64,000 nucleotides of DNA from Microbotryum violaceum (Eukaryota): NCBI GenBank assembly GCA_001244265.2, contig CDLV01000012.1, positions 1,426,001 through 1,490,000 of the forward strand, written 5' to 3'. Under the pieces are notes generated by a model, which searched no databases, was not told the DNA's origin, and worked only from the letters and a program-made list of their open reading frames with translations. Position numbers and translations under genes: made by a program. This document shows positions 1 to 10,597 of this stretch, one piece after another (position 1 is the stretch's first letter; the number at the start of each line of letters is the position of its first letter).

Positions 1-243
1 AAGCGCTGTGGTGACTTTTGTATTTTCCGCGCCGTTCCAACGAAGCTACAGCGCTCCCAGTATTTTCCTTCTTTTTTTGGCTCACATAAAACAATGCTTC
101 CACTCATATTGCATTTAATGAACCGCAAGCGCGTGGCTTTGCATGATATTGCTTCTACAGCAGAGCTCTGCCTGACGTGCGAGGCGAGGGCTGGCGTTTG
201 TCACGTGATGCGGTGCGCCGGCGGTGGAGTGTCATTCCGGCAG

Positions 244-377
244 TCGACCAGCGGCATTAGGGGCTGAGCGCTGAACAACCAATTTGCCCGTATGGCATTC
301 GACCAGCGGCATTAGGGGCTGAGCGCTGAACAACCAATTTGCCCGTATGGCATTCGACCAGCGGCATTAGGGGCTGA
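244..377 (+). repeat. 55-bp tandem repeat (about 2.4 copies) upstream of the Helitron ORF
   Basis: Unit TCGACCAGCGGCATTAGGGGCTGAGCGCTGAACAACCAATTTGCCCGTATGGCAT starts at 244, 299 and 354; the third copy is truncated. Confidence 0.95.
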
Positions 378-491
378 ACAACAAATCAAACCACGTAAAT
401 AATCCTGCGCCACTCCCTCGAACCTTTCCTTTCTCCCTCCCACCCTCATCCAATTTTAGTGACACTCATTCAAGAACAAACCTTCGCTACT

Positions 492-3400
492 ATGCCCCTG
501 TCCCAAGGTCGCCAGGGAGGGCCATCGCAACCTCGCCAAGTCTTGGGCGTGAGGGTAGCGCCGTACCATGGGCTACCATGGGCCTACTCGAGCGCCCGCT
601 GCTGGGCGCCCCGCGGCTCGACCCTCTTCGTCCCGCTCCGATCAACAGAATCAGCCCCCGCGCGTCATGACAACAATGCAACCGATCTTGGCATTGCGAC
701 ACGTATACGAGCCCGCCGTGCAGCTGTGCAGAACGGACAGCGTCGCCAGCGCGATGGCCAACTCGACGCTGGGCTCGCCCCACCACCACCTCCGCAAAGG
801 CGAGTGCGCCGGGCTCGAATCGCGCTCAAACCCCTCAAGCCCCACGTTTTCGCAGGGCAAGGTGCAGCTACCTCCCCCTCCCCAGCCCAATCTCGAGTAT
901 CGGCAGCTTCTTCAAGGCTCGGATAGCGGTCAGTTGCTGCGTCCAACAACATTCGTCTGCAGTTGACCCACATGCTGAATTGTGCGATGCACCTACACAG
1001 ACGCTAAAGCATTCCGCGAGAATGCCCGGTCTTACAATAACGCGTTGTCCTTTACTTCGCTCGCTGCCCACTGGGACCAAACCCAAGTGGGCACTCTAGG
1101 ACCTCCTGTGTTTCGCGTGTTCGGCCGCCTCTATCATTGACTCGGTGCCCTGATCCCTGCCGTGAATCAACGCCCAGGCTTTGCCCAGACATGGCTGATC
1201 GACCCGGCCGAGGCCACCGACACACGACTTCAAGGACCCGACAGCGCAGAGACTCGCATTCAAAGATCAACGCTGACCAAGCTCGAGTCCATGTTGCGTA
1301 CAAAGAATCACTTTGTGAGGGAGTTCGCATCGGCCAAAGCCCGCGCAGGTTGGGACACGGCCAAAGAGTCGGCCCTGCGCCTCTGCCTACCACCTGGCCG
1401 AGACCGACGCACCCACAACCTTCCTAGGTCGAGCACGGAAATGGCGATGCTTATCTGCGATTCCGACACCAACACGGGAGATCGTGGACCGCAAGGCCTT
1501 ATTCTCCAGGTGCACGGTGATCGATGTCCCGATGGTCGGCCCAAGTACCAAACCGTTAGCTCGCTCCATCCGTCTGCGATGCCTCTCCGGTACCCACTAC
1601 TCTTCCCCGCGGGGAAGATGGCTTCCACCCCAACATTCCTCTTTGCGGTTTCAACCAAGCTGAGCCGCCCATCGCCAGAAACCGAGAGCAGATCGACAAT
1701 GGTGTCCAATTGCGCGAGCTACTTGACGGCCTTGGTCCAGATGAAGAAGACGAAGAGGAGGACGATGAGGATGAAGGCGACGAGGAGGACGAAGAGAATG
1801 GTGATGGTGAACGTAAGCTAAGCGCCTTCGGCTCATTCTCATATACCTCTCTGTTGAGACGCACCCTCAGACTGACATAAATTGTTCGAAAATCTAGGAC
1901 GAAGATCAAACAAGAGGGGTCGAGGTGGATCAACCCGAGTTTCGCGTTCCCAATACTTTGCATATCACTTGCACGAACGCGACGACTATTTCTCCATTCC
2001 GCATGCCACCCAGCGTCTCTTCCTCGAGTTCGTGATTGACGGATACTCCCAAGTCGAGACCGATCGACTCAACTACATCCGGTTGCATCAAGAAAGTCTG
2101 CGCCTCACCACGGCCCAAGGCATCACCGACGCTGTTGCCAACGGCCTGACCCCGGATCAAATTGGACGTTCAGTGATTTTGGGCTCGACGTTCAAGAATA
2201 GCTCGCGCGAGATCACGCAGCGCTACCAAGATGCGATGGCTTGCGTCGTCAAATATGGAAAGCCTTCGCTGTTCATCACGGTGACGTGCAACCCCGAATG
2301 GCCGGAAATCAAGGCTGCACTGGGGCCGAACGACAAAGCATGCAACCGTCCGGATCTCATTGCACGAGTGTTTGAAGCCAAGCTGAACCGACTCTGCGAC
2401 GACGTTTTTGGCAACAAGCAACGTGCAGGCTGTTTTGGCGTGGTTCTGACGCATACACATGTGATTGAGTACCAGAAGCAGGGCCTGCCACATGCCCATA
2501 TCCTCATCACCCTCGCGCCGGACGATCATCCTTTGTCGACGGAAGCGATCGACAAGATGATCTCGGCCGAGATACCCGATCCTTCGCGCTATCCTGATCT
2601 CCACGAGACCGTCACAAAGCACATGCTGCATGGCAAGTGTGGCGGAAACTCGACTCAGACCTGCATGGAGAAGGACAAGTACGGTAATCCGAGGTGCAAG
2701 CGCCATTTTCCTCGCGAACAGAACCCCCACACCCGCATGCACCCTGAAGGCTACCCGTTGTATCGCCGACGCTTTCGCCACGCCGTTGTCAAGGGGGTGT
2801 TATCTACAACGATGGTGACTGCGTGCCGTACTCGCCTTATCTATGCGCCAAGTACAATGCGCATATCAATGTGGAGGCTGTGACAACGATCGGCGCGATC
2901 AAGTACCTCTTCAAGTATGTGTACAAAGGTCCGGATCGAGCTGTGGCGCGTGTTGAGCGTGCAGCGAACGGTGAAGGGGCTCGCGAGGACGAACCGGTTC
3001 GAGATGAGATCAACGAGTTCGTCGAAGGTCGCTACATCAGTGCTCCAGAAGCGGTCCACCGCCTATTCAGATTCTCGGTCGGTAGAGTGTGGCCACCCGT
3101 CAATCGACTACCGGTCCATCTGGAGAATCAACAATCTGTGCAGATCAATCCAATGAACCGCTGCCCCTCGACACTCCGCCCACTCGCTCCAAACTGACCG
3201 GCTTCTTCGACTTGTGCGCTGCAGCTCCCGACGGCGAGCTCACTACCACGTTGCTCTACACGAATGTGCCGCGCTACTACTCCTGGAATAAGGAGAAGTT
3301 GCGCTGGAAACGCCGAGTCCATGATCGCAATGTCATTGGACGAATCTACACCGTCCCACTGCGTAGTGGGGAGCGCTTTTACCTCAGACTGCTCCTCGAG

Positions 3401-5560
3401 GTCGTCATGGGCCCGACATCGTTTGCGGACCTGCTCATGTTCGAAGACGTCGTGTATCCTTCCTATCGCGCCGCTTGCGCCGCTCGCGGACTTCTCGCCG
3501 ACGATGGCGAGCATCGCATCTGTCTCAGGGAAGCTGCACAGATTGAAACCGGTGACCAACTACGCCGATTATTCGTGTTCATGCTCATCCATGCGACGGT
3601 TGCCAACCCACCAGCTTTGCTGGATCGTCACTTTGCTTCTCTTAGCGGCGATGCCCGTTATCACATCGAACGCTATGAAGACGTGCCCGTCAACGATCAA
3701 ACCATCCGCCTGTGGACCCTCAACAAGATTCGTCTCCTCCTTGCGGCAAACGATCGAACTTTGGCCTTCTTTGATCTTCCCGAGCTGACCGAGGACGAAG
3801 TGCGGCTGTTTGATCGTCTCGAGGAACGGCTTCCCCGTTTTGATCGCCAGCAATGCGCGCAAGATGCCGAAGCGGCGCATGCCCGTCTGAACCACGACCA
3901 ACGAATTGCATTTGACGAGTGTCTTTGCGCGGTCGAGCTCGATGTCGTCGATCAGATGCGCGACAACAAACTTGGGCCGCAGCATGTGTTTTTCCTGCTA
4001 GCACCTGGGAGTACTGGCAAGACTTTTGTGGAAAATGCCCTTCTCGATACTGTGCGAGCTCGAGGCGACCAAGCGATTGCGGTGGCGTCGTCCGGAGTAG
4101 CGGCGTTGCTTCTCAAGGGAGGACACACGGCGCATTCAACTTTTCGAATCCCACTCGACACCTTGCCAACCTCGACGTGTCCAGTCGACAGGGAGAGTGA
4201 TCTCGCGCTGATGCTGCGTACCACCAAGCTCATCATTTGGGATGAAGCCCCAATGGCGCATCGATTCGCGGTGGAAGCTGTCGACCGTTTACTGCGTGAT
4301 CTCCGAGAGACCGAGGAGCACTTCGGCGGGGTGACAATGATCTTTGCGGGTCAGTTGGGCTCTTCCGCCTCCGCTCTGAACAGCGGCATGCTAACGAGGT
4401 TTCCAATTTGTAGGGGACTTTCGCCAGTGCCTTCCTGTCGTTCCCAAAGGAACTCCCGGTCAAATCGTCGATGCATCCCTCATCAAGGCAGACTTCTGGC
4501 GCGACGTTCGTGTCTTGCGACTTACCGAGAACATGCGTCTCAGCTCGAACGCTGATGCGATGGACGAGGCTCAATTGGCTCGAACGCGCGACTTTGCGGA
4601 ATGGCTAGTCACCGTGGGAGATGGAACTGCCAACATGCACCCATACGACAAGATTGCAGTACGTTTGGCTCCCCTCTTTTACCCAACCAACCGACACTAA
4701 GACCCCTTCTATCCGTTTCGCAGCTGCCTGATTACCTGCTGCTTCCGGACGGTCAAAGAACGGCCGAAGGGTTGATCAACTTTGTCTACCCCGGTTTAAG
4801 GACCGTGAACAAGGAGTCCCTCGAAGACCTGATTCAGCTGTTCTCACGTCAGGCAATCCTAGCTCCGCATAATGCAACGGTCGATCGCATCAATGCCAAG
4901 CTGCTGGAAGAGTTCAATGGCGACTACATCGAGTATCGCAGCGCAGACGAGGTCGTTGAGGCAGGCGAAACTGGGGGTGGAATGGCGCCGGAACTGATTT
5001 TGCCAGAGTATCTACATTCAATCAACCCATCCAACTTCCCGCGCATCACTTGCGTCTCAAGGAAGGGATCCCCGTCGTTCTTCTTCGCAATTTGGACCCA
5101 GACGCGCGCCTCTGCAACGGTACCCGCCTGATCGTGTCGCACGCAAGATCGAGTCATTCAAGCCATCATCTTGACCGGAGATCGAGCGGGCACCACGGTC
5201 TTCATCCCTCGCGTGCGACTTGAGACAAATTCGACTGGCAGTCGCCAACTTGGTTTCACTATGCGCCGGCTCCAATTCCCGCTTCGCGTTGCCTTGGCCA
5301 TGACGATCAACAAAGGCCAAGGTCAATCACTCGATCATGTTGGCGTCGATCTCTCCCTACATCCCGTCTTCACTCATGGGCAGCTGTATGTGGCATTGTC
5401 TCGAGCCATGAGTGTTGATCGAATCAAGGTGCTACTGCCCTCTCGCGACCCCGCCGATGATGACGACGACCTACAAGCCGTTGATCGAGCGGCAGCCGCA
5501 GCCACCGCGACCCCAAACCCAGTATTCCGCTCTGTTCTCAGAGCAATGAATGGGGAATAG
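492..5560 (+). pseudogene. Helitron Rep/PIF1-helicase, intron-containing, disrupted
   Basis: Rep motifs LFITVTCNPEWPE, EYQKQGLPHAH (HUH) and KYLFKYVYKG. PIF1 motifs PGSTGKT, IIWDEAPM, AG/DFRQ and QFPLRVALAMTINKGQGQS..GQLYVALSR. Probable GT-AG introns near 929-1000, 1813-1898, 4349-4412 and 4659-4723. In-frame TGA at 1138-1140; frameshifts near 1612, 2795, 3150, 5039 and 5145. Confidence 0.9.
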
Positions 5561-6269
5561 TACTGAAGCTGTCCTTTGTATTGTGTGTCTTACCTTTAAC
5601 TGAGATCACGATTCTGCTATTTAATTTTCATCCTCCCGTTAATTTAACGGGTTCCCACTGGTTTCGCCAACTACGAACAGCTAGCTCGCTCGTCGCTTCT
5701 GTTTCACTCCTCCCAGCAATAGTATCGATAGACCAACCCGCTCATTATTTATCACCCCAATACCCCAATCGTTCGTGAAGTCGGGGAGCCAATCTTGGCA
5801 TAGCAAGGCCTCCTCGAAAGTTGAAACACATTCAGTAATTCGGGAGTGACTTGAAATTTGATGTCGTTTCAGAAGTAGTTTGGAGTTGATTTCAACGTCT
5901 GAATTGGTTTCAGATCGCTGAAGACCAACTTTTGTTTTTGTTTTTTTTGACACACCTCTCAACAGCAGATATTCTGGTAGGACTTGATCACTCTTGACTA
6001 AAGTGAGCCTTTACTCTATAACTTTGACTTTCCCCCACCATTTGAGGCGCTCACGATTTGAACTCGGGTCACCACTACGTTCGCTTCGTGCCCGACCTAA
6101 CTGGGCGCATGCAACATCAGTAGCATCACGATTGGGTCCATCTCCAAGCCGATCAGGGCTGGGCCGTCGGAGCACCTAGAGCCGAGACTGCCTGCTTGTA
6201 GTGCATTGTACCTTGTTCTCTGAGAACCCCAATTTCGATATTACCAAGCTCGTCAACGGCACTATGGTC

Positions 6270-8827
6270 CTACTCCTCCTCCTTGACCTCAATCTTGGCC
6301 ACATCCCACAAGCCTTCCAATTTCTTGCCCAACACGTCCTTGACGTTGTTCTCTGCGGGACAATTCGCATGCCTCATGTCTCTGAACAACCTCTCCCGAT
6401 GTTGACCTTCCCATATGAGGGTACAGTAGTTGTCCGCTAGACTGGTCGGCGCATCTTCGGGTGCGAAGGTCGTGGTGCCTGCTTTAGGTAGACCTGAGGA
6501 GTTGAAGTCTTTGGGATCGTCGATCCCCTCGGGTACTTCGCGAGGTCGTGCATCCTCCGTCCAATCGATGCGATTCAACATGAGTTGTTTATAATGCTTC
6601 AAGCCTTTATGCCCCCCTTCGACCACGACCAAACAGAATTTTGGGTTATGCACCACCACCCCAGTCAAGTGATCGTCAACCGCATTCTTCTTGACCTTGA
6701 ACCGATGCGAAGGGTGGGTCAAATAACGAATCTTGAAACAGATCGCTCCGATCCCTTTTTGTTCATCAGCTAGAGCCTGCGCTTCAATCTTGGCTCGACG
6801 TTCTTCGGGACTCAGTTTGCGTTCGGCGTTCGCTTTTAGGTGGGTGCGTTCGCGCGCGACCATTTCGCGTCGGACTTTGTTCTCGATTTTGGTCGGGTCC
6901 AGGACGGCTTTTTGCGTTAGGACGCGCATCATGTTGGAGAGTTTGACTGAGGAGGAGACGCGGAAAACGATCATAATCTTTGATCAGTCTCATAAAGGAA
7001 ACATCTCCTGGAAATCTTCCATCTTCCCAAAGATGATAGAACTGACCCTTGGGTGGATCAGGCGGCAGCAACCCCATCTTGATCCGATCCTGACGATCCT
7101 TGAGCTCGGCCATCCTCCTCTGCTTCCTCATCTTCTTCATCTCCTTTTTCGTCAAGAACAACGGCTTGGCTTCGACTTTGATCTTGTCCTGAGGGGCGGG
7201 AATTTGGATTGGGTGTTGGACGTAGTGCGTGATGAGGGTTGAAGAAGGGGAGGTGGAAGCGTCGGAGAGGAATTGCGGGGAGAAGGATTCGTAGGTCTTG
7301 GAGGGGAGGAAGGGGGCGTCCCACCATTCGATATCGGGTGGGGGAGGACGCTGTGAGGAGAGCTCAAAGGATCAGCCACCCGCAAGGCATCCAAACCAAA
7401 CCTGATCGTTTGAGAAAAAGCTCACCTTGACCAACTTGGCCTTGTCCTCCATCTCCCCTTCAATACCCGCCGCTTTGGCACTCTCCAAGATCCTCCTCTT
7501 CAAGTCCTCCATCCTCGCTTCGGCCCTCTGCGCTTCCCCCATCTTGACGTATTTGCCTTTTTGGTTGAACTTGAGCGTTTCACGAGCGTGCCCTCGGCCC
7601 ATGGTGCCGGCGGGTCTGTAGGCAAGGGAAGGGTCGAAAAAGCGCGTGTTGACGATTGAGTCCGGGATCGAGGTGGAGGAGGTCGAGGCTAGAGGACCCG
7701 TGTTGGAGGGTCGAGAGGAGGAGGATGAGCTAGGGAGGGAGGCGTTAGCCTGTACGAGGTAGAGGACCGAAGAGAGGTCAGCGAGACGTTCAGATCACCT
7801 CTGGGTCGCCAAGACTCACCTTGACACTGGAGAACTTGGGTGCCATGGGCTTGTAGCGGTCCTTTCTGTTCGTCTCGGTCGTCGTCGATGCTTTGCCGAG
7901 GTCCATCAGGAGAGGATGAGCCGCGACGGCGAGCCCACCTCGTCCGCCCGAGCTCGCGTCGACGTTGTTCGCTGCGGCCAGTGTCCTCGGTAACTGGGTG
8001 ATAGTGCCACCCGACTGAGACGACCCAAGGGTCAGCTAGACTTTTAGAAGCGTTCAAAGTGGAGTGGCGGCGACTGACCAGGTAAGGGTTCACCATGGGC
8101 GCCTGGGCTGCCCTCTTTTTAGCGGCCATCGACTCGACCAGTTTCTTGGCATCCGCGATCTTTTTCGCCAAATCAGGATCGAGGTTAGGTTGAGCACCCA
8201 GCGGGATCGCGACGGGGGGGTTGGGAGGCACGGCTGCTGAATTTGAAGTAGGGAGAGGGGCATGTGGACGACTGGGGATGGCAGCAGAAGAGCTGAGCGG
8301 TTGACCGGCTCGCATTGCGGCGAGTTTGGCTCGAATCTCGGCCTGCTTGGCGGCAATCAGGTCCAAGGCGACGGGCGGGGCGGTGGAGGTGGTGCGTGGA
8401 CTGGCGATGGGTGCGGTGTAGGCGCTACTACCGCTGCTGGTGGTGCGATGGCCATTCGAGGCGGGAACCTGCGCCGGGGAAGCGGTGGGCGTGGCGGCTG
8501 CTGCACCCTCTGATGGAGGGAGGTACGAAGGCGTTCCTCTCTGTGGGGAGGTGCAGTACATGCGGGTCAGTTTTTGGTTCATCTCTGCTCGGTGTAGGCT
8601 GTAGGACTGACTGCGCCGCTGCAAGATTCCCAACCACGCCGTTCGCACCCATCGCATCCAGGACAAACACAGTACACATCAGAACAGGTCAGTCAGCACT
8701 CTTTCTTAGTGGAACACCTGCTTGCTACCTGCACTGACGCCTGCTTGATCCTCTTTGGACTGGCCGCGTTCGGATCGTCGTCGTCGCCAAAGACGTTCGG
8801 TCGCTTGTGCGCGTATGGGTGACTCAT
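6270..8827 (-). CDS. PRP3: U4/U6.U5 tri-snRNP splicing factor Prp3 (multi-exon)
   Basis: MFLTKKEMKKMRKQRR..RIKMGLLPPDPPK/VKLSNMMRVLTQKAVLDPTKIE, plus the C-terminal domain HRFKVKKNA..LTG..LVVVEGG.KGLKHYKQLMLNRIDW. Start ATG inferred at 8827 (MSHPYAHKRP). Confidence 0.92.
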
Positions 8828-9182
8828 GCTGGGTGTGCGGAGACCCTTCGACGCTGAGAGTGGTGTCGCCGAGTGAACGCGGTGACGAGTCGGTGTGGGG
8901 AGAGCGGGGGGAAAGCGACGTCCGCAACTGTCGGCGGCGTGGCACAGTCAAGTGCAATTGCAAGTCCGCGGAGGCGAATGCCCGAATTATAGGTGGTCCA
9001 GCGCGCCTGATTTAATAGTAAGGGTCGCCTCTATTTGTCAGATGAGCGCGCGACCATCGCTGACTCGGTCAAGCCGCTTTCATTGGCGTTCTAACAATCC
9101 AATTTCCCAGAAACCCGCTTCTAATCCCCACTTTCTAGTCGCTGACCCCATCCACCGCCTTCATCCCGTCCCCCGCCTGCCC

Positions 9183-10539
9183 ATGACCTATTCGATATGG
9201 GGCGAGAATCTCTTTGGCCAAGTGCAACACGAAGCAGCGTACGTGTGTTCGCCAACCCTCTGGCGCGAATGTGACCATCTCTTTGCCGCGAATTGGGCCC
9301 AAGTCATCTTTCGTCGTCAGTCCTTATACGGTGTGTGGGCTGGGATGCTGGCGAGGCTGATTTGGGGTGGGGTGGAAAATTGCGTAGATATCTCCGATGA
9401 TCGATCGTACCGTCCTCGGGGCGCTTATTCACAAGGTACACCCCTCGTCCGAGCCGACGACGACCTTGACAGGAACAAGTCGGGTTGGCACAGGACAAGT
9501 CACCCCTCGCGCCTCGAAACCAAGGTCGATCTCGAAAAAACCCATTTCCTAGGCCACGACTCCTTCCTCGCTTTCCACGATCCAAGCAACGGGAAAGTCT
9601 GTTCGATCGGATGCTTGGTCGAGCCGAGACGGGCGGATGGCATCGACAGATGCGTTACGGAGCAATCGTTCGAGAGCGTCGAGATGAATATTCATGGCGG
9701 CTTGGTCGCCGTCTGCAAGGAGCAAGGTAGGCACGCACCAATGCGTATCCTATCCCGGAAACCTCGACCACGCTCCTTCCAACAACTTGATTTTAATCCG
9801 TGCTTCCCCTTCCCTCAGACTCCGACCACTACGAATACCGCTTCTACCCCTCTCTCCCTTCCCTGCTCCACCCCACCCCCGTTTCACCCTCCACCAACCC
9901 ACCAGGCTACCACCTCCTCTCCCTCCCCTCCCCCTCCTTCCTCACCCAAACACCCACCCTCATCTCCGCCCCCACAACAGACCACTTCACACTTCTCTTA
10001 TCACCGTCCCAAACGGTCCTCACCTTCTCTCCCTCGAAAGATAATCGATTTGGTCAGCTCGGCATCCCTCCTTCTTCATCTCTGCACAATTTCTCTTGGA
10101 CCCATGTAGAGAGTTTGGATGGTCTTTATATCACCCGTTTGGAAGGTGCTTACGCGTTGACCCAGGATCGGGTCCTCTACAACGTCGCGACGGGGGACAT
10201 GGTCGACTTCCTTGACAGAGAGGGAGAGGGTCAAATCGAGGGGGTCAGGATAAACTGTCTCGCGGCAGGGAGTGGGTGGGCCGTGGCGAGTGATCAGAAA
10301 GGCAACTTGTGGGTTTGTACGGACGGTAGGTCCTTCTTTTCATGCGCACGGGCTGCGATCTATCAATTTGCTTACTGATCGGTCACTCCCTTGGCTTGGC
10401 CGTGCCAGGCAAAGCACCATGCTTCGGCTCCAACGACACCAAAGGCCATTTCGAAAAAGTCGTTTCACCCCCCTTGCGAGGCCGAAAGATCGATAACCTC
10501 CTCGCCACTCGTTCGACCTGTTATCTATCCCATGATTGA
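9183..10539 (+). CDS. RCC1/BLIP-II-like repeat protein (multi-exon)
   Basis: RCC1-like repeat fragments WGENLFGQV, DNRFGQLG and INCLAAGSGWAVASDQKGNLWV, separated by GT-AG introns; last exon ends ..CYLSHD* at 10539. Confidence 0.6.
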
Positions 10540-10597
10540 CACCACCACCACCACATACAAACCACAAAACTTGAAACCCCTCCTGCCCCGAGACCCA

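Larger units (their letters stand above)
244..5661 (+). mobile_element. Helitron rolling-circle transposon (5' end not located; 3' end at 5661)
   Basis: RepHel coding region followed by a hairpin CCCGTTAA-T-TTAACGGG (5635-5651), then CTGG (5658-5661) and T. This matches the canonical hairpin + CTRR|T 3' terminus. Confidence 0.93.

Noticed and set aside
244..377. CRISPR-like array
   Set aside because: Units are contiguous with no unique spacers, there are no cas genes, and the context is eukaryotic.
8895..10109. 404-aa ORF as a single-exon gene, and the many antisense ORFs in the track
   Set aside because: The ORF reads through introns of the RCC1-like gene; antisense ORFs are expected shadows in GC-rich coding DNA.
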